Below, in pieces: positions 37,737-48,499 of a stretch of 64,000 bases of DNA. A program made the translations under genes and the position numbers. The DNA is taken from the NCBI RefSeq assembly GCF_006345805.1, contig NC_043001.1, forward strand, positions 63,178,001 to 63,242,000, read 5' to 3'. This DNA is from Octopus sinensis. Its lineage: Eukaryota. Position 1 is the first letter of the stretch; each line of letters opens with the position of its first letter. The notes beneath the pieces are model-generated. The model was given only the letters and a program-made list of their open reading frames with translations, did not search any database and was not told the DNA's origin.

Positions 37737-38459
37737 GTGAAACGGCAGTGAATATCTTCTCTGCACTTTTTGGGTGCAGTTGGTGCAATCACTTTCCGTT
37801 GCTTTAATATCCAGATTCTACCAGTCAGAAACAACAAGACGCAGACGTAAAAAATATATATCTACTTTATTCTCTTATGACAGTAACAAATAAGTGGTGT
37901 ATCTAGTATCCCTTTGGTATGTATGTGTCAGAGCTGAACTTTATCGCTGTAGAATTTACAGTGTTCAAATGCAAACGACACTGGTCAAGATGGCGTCCGA
38001 TTAGGGAGAAGATGATGTGGTCAGCAACAAATGTCAGGGGGAAACGAAGATAATACGCGTCTTCTTCTATGAAAGGCTGACTGCTGCTATCAAATCCGGA
38101 CAGATAGAGAATATTACACGTCTGATGCCTTCGGTCGCCGTGTCTCAAGTCACTGCCTACTGGACGCTGGTAGTCAACGTCCTACACTCCCCTTGTCTCG
38201 CGGCTAAACTGCCACGTAGGCAAATGGTCCTTCTTCCGGTGCTTCGCGCATGCGCGAGAGGGCCCTTCCTCTCTGCCTTGGTGAAGGCACCAACACCGCA
38301 CGCGCGAAACGGAAAAGGACGGTGCGCGCGCGCACCGTTATATAGGATCACTACAATTATAAGCAATATCATGAGGTTTAGTAAGGAAAAACTTAAAACA
38401 AGATGTTAGCTGATAATTAAGGGGGTTGCCCACTAGCAGACTATTGATAATGAAACAGA

Positions 38460-41280
38460 GGAAGTCTTATCATGTGGTACTGTAGGTAAATATTTTAAAC
38501 AATGTTGCTATATTGTATACAGTTAAAGTTTAGGGTTATTCAAAGGATTATTTAGAAGAATATTATAACAAAAGGATAGAAATTTGTGAATACTTTTGAG
38601 TATATACCAAACTTTTACCAGGGAGGAAAAGAAATTATCCAGAAATAGTTTAATATTTATACATATTGTATACTTAAATACTAACTCATCAGATGGTATC
38701 TGTGAATATTGATTAATTGGAACATACTGGTATTCATAAAGGAGTGTTGGGGTAAAGGAGCATGCTAATTATATATTAATAAAATTTTAATCTAAGTAAT
38801 ACTTTTTTATAAGTAGTGAATATACCAGTATAGTTTTATATAAGCTAAGTATGAATTTATAGAGATACAAGAATTAGATTAATTTTATGAATAAATAAAG
38901 GCTAATTATAAAATAATAAAGAAATAAAATGAAATAATCATGTAGGGCAGAACACCATAGAAAAGGAAATAAAATGGCTTAATTACTACTACTATGATAA
39001 AGTATATGTAGCTTAACACCAATAGAGAAGATTTTTAGAAAAAGTAGAATAATTCAAAATATATTAGACTAAAAATTATATATTTACTTATTTAGCTAAT
39101 ATCAATAAAAGACTGATGTTTGGTATCAGCTAAAGGGATATTTAAGTTATGGAACAATCATGTTTTACACTAATCTTTTTTTAAAATTAAGGGTTATTTT
39201 ATAGGTTTAACCCTTTCATTACTATATTTTTGACCAAAATACACCACTTATGTGTTTCAATTAATTTCTAACATAATCATAAATTTAGTCTGGTTTCATT
39301 AAACAACTATAACGTTTTTATTTATCAATATATTAACGTGAATTTTGGAAGATAATTTAATGAAATGTTCTCAACCAATTCTATACTATAATTTTTGTCA
39401 CAAAGTGACTCTAATTGCAGGTAGATACAGGTAAATTCAACAAAATATAAAATTATTAAAATTTTGTTCAAATGTCGCTATAGAAAATGCGTTATTAGTA
39501 TACAACAAAATTTTACGATAGAATTTGTTATTCTGGGTAACTTTCTGATACCCATAATAATATTTATGGCAAAATAGTCTTAATTTCATTTAAGGTTATG
39601 GGAAACCACTAACTTATCCTTTCTTTCGTTTTGTTTACATTTAGCGTGACGGTTCGTTTCCGCCATAATGATTTCAAATAAGCTCATTCGAAAAAGTAAA
39701 AAGAAATAGTCTAAGGCTTTACTCTTCTGGGAAAGTCTGTAGCTTGGTCCAGTTTCTACAGAAAAATCACCGAAAGAAACAGTTTTTAAATTTTCACTCC
39801 ATTCAGATGCCAATTCATTTTCTTTATCGGATTCACTGTTTTCACTTTCGGAAAACGAAACATCAGATTCATTATCAAATACCACATGCTTTTTTTTTTT
39901 CAGTCATAGAGTTAGATTTATCAAGGTCTTCAGTAGAAAATCCTTCGAATTCTGACTCACTGCTTGATATAATGAAATTCGTATCCATTTTTTGTCAGAA
40001 TTACAAATTTTGAAAACACAATAGGAACAAATTTCAGAAAAAAATCTCCAAAAATTCACGGAATTAAAATTACACTTCGATTGTTGTACAAAACTGTAGT
40101 TGAACTCTTTACGAAGTATAATACGTATTTTCACGAATGTATTAAAGAGATTTGCTTTGATATTCTCATTTAAATATGAATAGGTAAATTCGGGCGGCTT
40201 TGGGCGGTTTGGTCACATTAACCAAAATTTTTTTCAGGCGGTTTGGTAACGAAAGGGTTAAGAAGTTATTATTGTTACTCCCTACATGATATTTATAGTT
40301 TCTTAGTGGTACTTGTTTAGAAGGGTTATTTATATAAAGGCCCATACAAATACTAAGATCAGTGTACTAAGTATAATAAATACTAAGATCAGGAGGGTAG
40401 AGCCATTTAAGAAAGAGATAAATCAAGTAATTTCTAAAGATCATTTCAAACAATATTGTCTTATTGTATAAAGTTAAAATTTAGGGCAATCAAGAAGATT
40501 ATTAAGAATGAAATTTTAACAAAAGGATAAAACTTCTTTGAATATTTTGAGTATATACCAAATTTTTACCACAATAGAGGGAGGAAAAGAAAATTGCAAA
40601 GAAATAGTTTAATATTATTTACTAATTACTTATCTAAATATTAACTTATATGGTTTCTGTGGAGATTGATCAAATAGATTTAACTGGTATTTAATAAGGG
40701 AGCAACTGAGGTTAAAGAACATGTCAACTATATACTGATTTAATTAAATTGAACTATTTTAAGTTGTCGAGATACCGGTTTTACCTTATATAAGCTGAGT
40801 ATGAATTAATAGGGGTACAAGAATTAGATTTATTTAAGTCTACTATATAAATAACTAATGAAAATGATTAGTTAGGTTAGAGCATCATGGAAAAGGTATA
40901 AAAATAGCTTAATCACTAAAAACCATAATAAAATATCCATACTTTATTAACTCCAATAACAAGTATTTATAGAAAATGTATAATAATTTATGAGCTAAAA
41001 ATTATTAATTAACTTCCTATAATCAGGACTAAAACCTGGTAGTCATTGAAAGAATAATTGTTGTTAAAAGGACATGCTAATCATATACTAATATTAAATT
41101 AAGCGGTATAATATAGATTTCAAAAGTTATTTGTGTTAATCCATAAATGACATTACAGTTTCTTAGGGGTACTTGATTAGAAGTATAAAACCAAAATTAA
41201 GAGGATGGAACACTTTAAGAAAGGGATAAAAAACTTAGCTACTAAAACTATTTTAAACAATATGTCATTATTGTATAGTT
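38460..41280. repeat. Old AT-rich tandem array (~800-bp unit, about two copies plus a partial third) split by piggyBac
   Basis: ttttaaacaat..tattgtata.agtt at about 38500, 40445 and 41250; aaattaag..ttat..tagtttcttag..gtacttg.ttagaag at 39185/40262 and 41098. Confidence 0.7.
39211..40257 (-). mobile_element. Internally deleted piggyBac
   Basis: TTAA TSDs (39207-39210, 40258-40261); TIRs CCCTTTCATTAC / GTAACGAAAGGG; minus ORF 39586-39885 with acidic N-terminus and ALDYFFLLF..IIMAETNRHA (PGBD4-like). Confidence 0.92.
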
Positions 41281-41435
41281 TTCTGCCCCCAGGGGTCCCA
41301 TTACTCATTATGTAAAAAATTTTAAGAGTTTAAAACCATCTCCGGAACATAAGTCCCCAGTTTGGAGAAAATCAGTTGCAAACTTCAGAAGTTATGTGAG
41401 TTTACAACACCCCCACCCTCAGCTTTATATATAGA
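41281..41435 (-). mobile_element. Non-autonomous Helitron 5' fragment
   Basis: TCTATATATAAAGCTGAG on minus, like the 9177 end. Confidence 0.55.
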
Positions 41436-41699
41436 AATATATTCTTGTTCACATAATGATGATATTTTGAAAACAAAAGTGTTTAGTATTTAATTTCATA
41501 CATATAATTCAATTTACGATAAAAATTTGTAGTTTTATTTTGATTAAAATTCCAGTGTTTTCTCAGCAAAACTTTTAAATGCTGTTCCCCCGTTTTTCCA
41601 CCTCTGACTGTCACTCACTTCCACTCCATTTCTTGTTTTACCCTTCTTTCCCTAGCATGACTGATGAGACACACATTGTATTTTATATGTAAGATTATT

Positions 41700-41900
41700 G
41701 CGGCAAGCTAACAGAATCATTAGCACACTGGGTAAAATGCTTAGCAACATTTCATCTGTCTTTACATTCTGTGTTCAAATTCCATCAAGGTTGACTTTGC
41801 CTTTCATCCCTTTGGGGTCGATTAAATAAATCACCAGTTGAACTCTGGGGTCAGTGTAATTAACTGACAAAAATTGCAGGTCTTGTGTCAAAATTGTGTT
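41700..41900 (+). mobile_element. Family B SINE
   Basis: ggcaagctaacagaatcattagc...gttcaaattccatcaaggttgactttgcctttcatccc. Confidence 0.8.
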
Positions 41901-42049
41901 GGATAAACCATACATAAAAGTTTGAATTGATTGAAAGTCAGAACTTATTGATCCGTAAAATTGCTGACATAGAAGCGTCTGTCTTCACCAATAGTAATTA
42001 ATTAGAGTAAATTACACCAGTTAATAATTAGTATTTATTTTATCAACAG

Positions 42050-42163
42050 GATAAAGAAATCCGTGCTGTTTTCATCCGTCTGTTTGCTGAGTTGTTCACT
42101 GGATATCGTTCCTGCCTCACATTGATTCGTATCCATCCAGAACCATTTATAACTTTCCATAAA
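42050..42163 (+). CDS. SBF2: SBF orthologue exon E (dDENN)
   Basis: caacAG / GTaaga; [38 protein letters not shown] (cf. [38 protein letters not shown]); 114 nt. Confidence 0.97.
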
Positions 42164-42307
42164 GTAAGAATTCAATATTGTTCTTGATTTCTTCATTCCC
42201 TCACAGTCTGTTAAACACTAATTGTCTCAAATCATTATTTTTTCTAATGTGTAAGTTTCTTCAGAGAAAAAAAAAAGTTTTAAGTTATCTTCACTGCAGA
42301 CGTGTTA

Positions 42308-43556
42308 TTAGCGTGTCAAGTATGAAATTTGTATAAGGTATTTGCCAGCTGCTCATTTTGCGCCATTATTATATTTTGACAATCTTTATTTTTTGTTAGA
42401 AAGCCAATACATCTAGTTCTTTATTCCAACTAATTTTGTGCTTTATAAAGTATTTATAAATTATTTTTCACTATTTTTGTTTAGAAATGGATAAGTCGGA
42501 AATTGATACAGTTTTGAAATATGAGTTCTTTCTTGGAAATACAGTATCACAGACAGCTTGGAATATTAATGGAGTATTTCATTATAATGTTTTTTTCACA
42601 GCAGAGAGTATCAAATTGGTTTGCAAAATTTCATTCTGGTAACACGGTCGACCAGAAACAAAGGTTGATAATGACGAACTGAAAGCCACCATTGACTCAG
42701 ATCCATCTGAAAGAGCCCATGAATTATCATTGTTGTTTGATGTTAGTAAGCAAACAATATTGACTCACCTAGTTCAAATCAGTAAAGTGAAAAAGTTGGA
42801 TAAGTGGGTTCCACATGAACTCAATGAAAATCAAAAACAGCAATGTTTATAAACCTGCATTATGCTACTTTCTTGTCACAAAGATGAATCAATTTTGAAC
42901 TGAATTATAACATGAGGAGAAATGGATCCAATACAACAACCATAAATGTTCGGCACAATGGTTGGACAAAAATGAACCACCAAAACACAATCCAAAAAGC
43001 AAAATTCATCAAAAGAAGCTGATGTTGTGTGTTTGGTGGTCTGGCGCAGGTGTGATCCATTATGATTCCATTAAACCTGGCTCATCAATCACGGTCGAAG
43101 TATTCTGCAGCCAGCTGGACCAAATGATGCTGAAACTTAAAAAAAAAAAAAAACCCAGCCTAGATTAGTCAACAGATCCACACCTATTTTATTGCAAGAC
43201 AATGCCAGATCACACATTGCAAAAATGTCATTGGTGAAACTACAGGAGTTGGAGTTCTCCACCATCCACCATACTCGCCTGATCTTGCCACCACTGACTA
43301 CCACTTCTTACAGAATTTGGATAACTTTTTATAGGAAGAAAATTTAATTCTGACGATGCTGTAAAACAGGCCTTCCAAGGTTTTATTGACTCTAGATTGC
43401 TAGGCACAGTTCCAAGCTGGACAAGATACTGTTGACATGGCAAAAGTGTATTGACAATATGTGTGCATACGTTAATGAACAAAATTATTCCTGGTATTTA
43501 TAAAACATTAGCAAACTTTTTTTTCTTTTCTCCAAATTTCATACTTGACGACCTAA
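42308..43556 (+). mobile_element. mariner, full length, decayed, filling intron E-F
   Basis: TA + ttagcgtgtcaagtatgaaattt / aaatttcatacttgacgacctaa + TA; WVPHEL, EKWIQYNN, QDNARSH, PYSPDLATTDY remnants. Confidence 0.92.
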
Positions 43557-43603
43557 TAATAATCTTGTCATAAGTTCATTGATTATGTTTCTATTTGTTT
43601 CAG

Positions 43604-43732
43604 GCCTATTTTCTTGGACAGCGAGCAATGGTTGATGATGAATTTGCTTGCCGCGTCCTGGATTGTATGAGTTTCAGTACATTTGTGGCTGAACGTGGTC
43701 CTCCTTACAGAGTCTGTGATATATTTGATGAG
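43604..43732 (+). CDS. SBF2: SBF orthologue exon F (dDENN)
   Basis: tttcAG / GTtagt; AYFLGQRAMVDDEFACRVLDCMSFSTFVAERGPPYRVCDIFDE (cf. AFLGQRG...FVSERGPPYRSCDLFDE); 129 nt. Confidence 0.97.
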
Positions 43733-44124
43733 GTTAGTGAAGACTTAAACTTCTGAATGCAGCATGAACAAATTTAAACGTATAAAGTTTAAATCATGGA
43801 AAGAATTGTAGTTTTTGTTATGTGATATTTTGCATTACAGTTTAGTGAGCAGTTTTAATAATAATTATTATAAATTAATTTATTCATTGCTTCTTCACAA
43901 TATTAGGTAGGTTGCATATGAAAACAAGAATGGCCTCACTAATATTTGACTTTCTGTACATTTTATTAAACTACATCATTTATATTTATATGTAAAAAAT
44001 ACACATAAATATACATATAAATAATTTAATGGAACAACGTTCATGAGATAACAAAAATAATAGGAATCTTTTGTAATATATCATGCAAGGTAATTTTATG
44101 AAAGTTGTTATTGAGGACAAAATA

Positions 44125-45329
44125 TAAGAGTCAACCAAAAAGTTCATAGGCTGACCAAGATACTCACATGGAATGTGACCAAATGAAGTTTATTTTTCAA
44201 CATAGTCCCTGTTGCTGTCCACAAACTTCTTCCATTTGTGTTGCATTGATTGGATCCCATTGGTAAAGAAGCTTTCATCCTATTGCTTAAAACAGTCATC
44301 AGCAGTAGATATGACTTCAGCATCACTGTGCTATTGGTTCCCAGCCTAATGTTTTTTCATGCTGGGGAATAGATATGGTCAGACAGAGCCAAGTCAAGAT
44401 AATATGGAAAGTGATCAACCAATTTAAAGCTACAGTCATGCATAGCAATGATTGAAACCAAGGACTTGTGTGCTTTAACATTGTCCTGATGAAACAAGAC
44501 CCCTTTCATCAGTTTTCCTAGACCTTTGGTCTTGATAGCCTTTCATAACTGCCTCAGCAAATTGGCATAGTACTCTTCATTGATGGTGTGGCCCTTTTGA
44601 AGATAGTCAGTAAACACAATGCTTTTTGCATACCCCAAAAGTGAAACCATCACCTTCCCTGAAGATAAAATGACCCTGGCCTTCTTTGAAGAAGGTGAGG
44701 CGGTATGTGTCTCTGGCTCAAAGTGATGAAGCCAACACTCATCATGGATTAGGAGACATTCAAGGAAACCAGCTGGATCTGCTTCAAGCAACGTCAGATT
44801 TTCATGTGCTGTTGTGATCAGCCTGGTGCATTTTTGATCAGGTGTTAGAAACCACTGTGTAGAAACCTTCATCATGTCAAGTTCATTGTGCAAAATAGTC
44901 TCAATCATTTCATGGGAGATGCTAATAGCATTGGCTATTTGATTTATAGTCAATTCCCTGTCATGTGGCAGTTGCAGGTTGTCCAGACTTTGGGCCATCA
45001 TCTAAACTCTTTCTTATTCTTAATTCAGCTGCCCATTTTTAAACTGGAGTGTCATTCTTGAATGTAGCAACCATGTCAGCATTAATGTCCCTGGGAGCTA
45101 AAGCCCTTTTCTGCAGATACTTCATAACACCATGATGCCAAATTTTGTCAATTTTCAAGAGAAGTCACTACTAGTTACTTTTGAAGTATTCTTTGAACAG
45201 TCAGATGTCAGTTTAGCTGGAAAGAAATGCAGTTATTAATAGGAAGAGTTGAAATTAATGCATGCAAGATTTCACAGCTCTAGCATCACTCCTTTGTAGT
45301 CTGCCTATGAACTTTTCAGTCCTCCCTCA
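44125..45329 (-). mobile_element. mariner (second subfamily), decayed
   Basis: TA-flanked TIRs sharing aaaagttcataggc(t/a)gac; minus ORF 44543-45001 ILHNELDMMKVST, HDECWLHHFEPET, SGKVMVS. Confidence 0.88.
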
Positions 45330-45884
45330 TAAGTAGAAAGAGATAAAACTACTATAAGTAATATGTACATGATCTGACTCTTCAATTGAAGGTTGCTACC
45401 TTTTGTCAAACATGACACAAGCCTAGAAAATTACTATTTTTAAATCTCACAACATGAGATATTCAGCAGCATGACACAAGCTTGTTAAGAAAAGTAAAAG
45501 AAAGCAAGAGACCAACTCACTAAACAGAGCAATATAATTTTGTGTGGATTGTTAGGTGGCTCTAGTTTGAGATTGAATTTGTCAGCTTTTTATAACTGCA
45601 AGTGAATTTTTCCAAGCTGTCAATCAAGCTATTTGGTGGGAAAATAAACACATTTTCTTTGAAGTTTGGTGCCTGAACTTTAACCAGTTAGCCACTAACG
45701 ATTGGCCAAACCATTGAAGCATAAGCATTAAAGCCTTTATAGTGTTATGGTCCTGAACTGATAAAATCTGAAAGCAGTGGTTCAAAACTTAGTAGGATTC
45801 TTGCTAAAACAGCATTTAGATTGCTAATTAAACAAGACTGGAATTCAGTAAGCTGTTTTCATTTCTATTGTTTCTTTTATAGTA

Positions 45885-48490
45885 CCCTCTCAACCTAAGG
45901 TGACATGGTGGTGGAACAATGTAGTTGACAGGGCCATTAGAGAAAAGAAACAGGCCTGGAAGGACTGGAAGTGTGGTGATAGCAGGGAACTGTATCAGAT
46001 GGCCAGAAGGGAAGCTAGGAGACAGATATACTTAGCTAGAGGGGAAGTAGAAAATAAGAGGTTTGCTAATGTTCCGCATTAGAGACTTGAAGTGTTTTGA
46101 ATTGCAAGGCAGTATGTGAGAGAAAATTGCAGTGTCATAGGAGAGAAATGTGTCTGCATGGATGATGCTGCAAAGAAAGAGACTTGGAAACACCACTATG
46201 AAAGGCTGCTAAATGAAGAGAATGATTGGGAGAAAGAGAGTCTGCCAAATGTTGACCCAACTGAGGGACCAGCTATCTGAATTGACAGTACCTTGGTAAA
46301 TAAAGCAATTAATGATATGAAGACAGGGAAAGCCCCTTACCCATCAGGAATCATCACTAAGATGCTTAAAATATCTGACAGTATAGTCACCCATATAGTT
46401 AACCAGTGATGCCTCAGATAGAAATAATTACAGAGGTGTCAGATTGTTAGATCAGGTCATGAAAGTCACAGAGCTCCTCCATGCTGATGACCTTGGTCTT
46501 ATAGCTGTATCACTACCTGAACCAGAGAAGAAGTTTCAGGTGTGGAAGCAAGGTCTAGAATCGCAGGGCCTCAGAGTTAACCTAGCAAAAACCAAAGTCT
46601 TAGTAAGTAGGAAAGCAGACAAATCACAAATCCCTTCAGGTAGATGGTCCTGTTCGATCTGTAGAAAAGGCGTAGGTAGAAATTCCATAAGTTCTACCTG
46701 GTGTAAACTTTGGACACATAAGAGGTATCCAACTAATTAGGAAGAGAGTTAGTTTAGATGAGATGCAGTTCGGTTTTGTGCCAGGGAGAAGCACCACTGG
46801 TGCTATATTTCTGGTAAGACAGCTGCAGGAGAAATTCCTAGCCAATGATAAACCTCTGTACCTGGCTTTTGTTGGCATGGAGAAAGCCTTTGACAGGGTC
46901 CCCCGATCCCTTATCTGTTAGTCAGTGCAGAAACTAGGGATAGACAAGTGGTTGGTGAGAGCTGTAAAAGCCATTTACAGGGATGCTGTCAATAAGGTGA
47001 GTTTTGGCAATGAGTATAGTGAAGAATCAGGGTACAAGTAGGGGTTCACCAAGGATCAGTCCTCAGCCCCCTCTTATTTATCATAGTCCTCCAGACAATA
47101 ACAGAGGAATTCAAGACAGGCTGCCCCTGGGAGCTCCTCTATGCTGATGACCTTGCTCTTATACCTGAACCAGAGAAGAAGTTTCAGGTGTGAAAGCAAG
47201 GTCTAGAATCGCAGGGCCTCAGAGTTAACCTAGCAAAAACCAGTCTTAATAAGTAGGAAAGCAGACAAACCACAAATCCCTTCAGGTACATGGTCCCACT
47301 CAATCTGTAGAAAAAGCATAGGTAGAAACTCCATAAGTTCTACCTGGTGTAAGCTTTGGACTTATTAGAGGTGCAGTAACATCAGAGGATGGTTAACAAG
47401 GAAAATAATTTTTGTGTGTTGAAGGTGCACAGGTACAATTGACAATAAAAATGTACAGAAAATCGATTCCATCATCTGCCAATGGGGACAACTAGAAGTA
47501 GTTGATAGCTTCAGTTACCTAGGTGACCAAGCCAGTAGTGGAGGTGGATGCTCTGAATACGAATAGGCTGGACAAAGTTCAGAGTGCTCCTTCCTCTGCT
47601 GGTAATAAAGGGCATCTCACTCAGAGTGAAAGGCAAACTGTATGATGCTTGTATGCAAACAGTCATGCTACACCGCAGTGCAACATGGGCTGTGACCGCC
47701 AAGGGCATGCGTAGGCTTGAAAGAAATGAAGCTAGTATGCTTCACTGGGTGTGTAATGTCAGTGTGCATGCACAACAGAGTGTAAGCACCCTGAGAGAAA
47801 AGTTGGGCATAAGAGGCATCAGATGTGGTGTGCAAGAGAGACGATTTTGCTGGTATGGTCATGTGAGGCATATGGATGTAGACAGTTGTATGAAGTGTCA
47901 CACTCTAATGGCGGAGGGAACCTGTGGAAGAGGTAGACCCAGGAAGACATGGGACAAGGTGGTGAAATGCAGTCTCTGAATGTTGGGCCTCTTTGAGCAA
48001 TGACAATTGACCAAGACCTCTTGCAATATGCTGTGCTTGAGAAGACCTGTCAAGCCAAGTAAGACCATAGTCATGGCCAAAACCAGTGTCAAAATTGGGT
48101 GATATGCTGTGCTTGTGAATCATAGTCATGGCCAGTGCCAATGCTATCTGACTGGCACTTGTGCTGGTGGCACATAAAATGCACCATTTGGGCATTGAGC
48201 CTTCTAGAGGCAGTGACAGATGACCAAGACCTTTAGCGATATACCATGCTTGTATAGACCTGTCAAGCTGAGACCATAGTTGTGGCCAAAGTTGGTGTCG
48301 GGTCAATGGCACCCCTGCTGGTGACATGTAAAAAACACCCCCTCTTGGAGTGGTTGACATTAGGGAGGGTATCCAGCTGTAGAAACCTTGTCAAATCAGA
48401 TCGGAACCTGGTGCAGCTCCCTGGTTTACCAGTTTTCAGTCAAACTGTCCAACCCATCCCAGCATAGAAAACAGACATTAAATGCTGATG
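45885..48490 (+). mobile_element. RTE LINE, 5'-truncated, RT through 3' UTR, rearranged
   Basis: TWWWNN, NYRGVRLL, QFGFVPGRSTT, EKAFDRVP, GVHQGSVLSP, YADD, GRPRKTW, then a repeat-rich 3' UTR and tgatga tail. Confidence 0.92.
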
Positions 48491-48499
48491 ATTTTGTTT

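Larger units (their letters stand above)
35536..38355 (-). mobile_element. Non-autonomous LTR retrotransposon (Ty3/Gypsy-like cis signals), 2820 bp
   Basis: TG..CA LTRs 37738-38355 and 35536-36154, about 97% identical; ATTA TSD (35532-35535, 38356-38359); PBS; PPT; no gag/pol similarity that I can recognise. Confidence 0.93.

Noticed and set aside
35702-38409. ORFs inside the LTRs and interior; Cassandra-like 5S insert
   Set aside because: The ORFs are short, are broken differently in the two LTRs and resemble no gag/pol. No 5S rRNA similarity was recognised.
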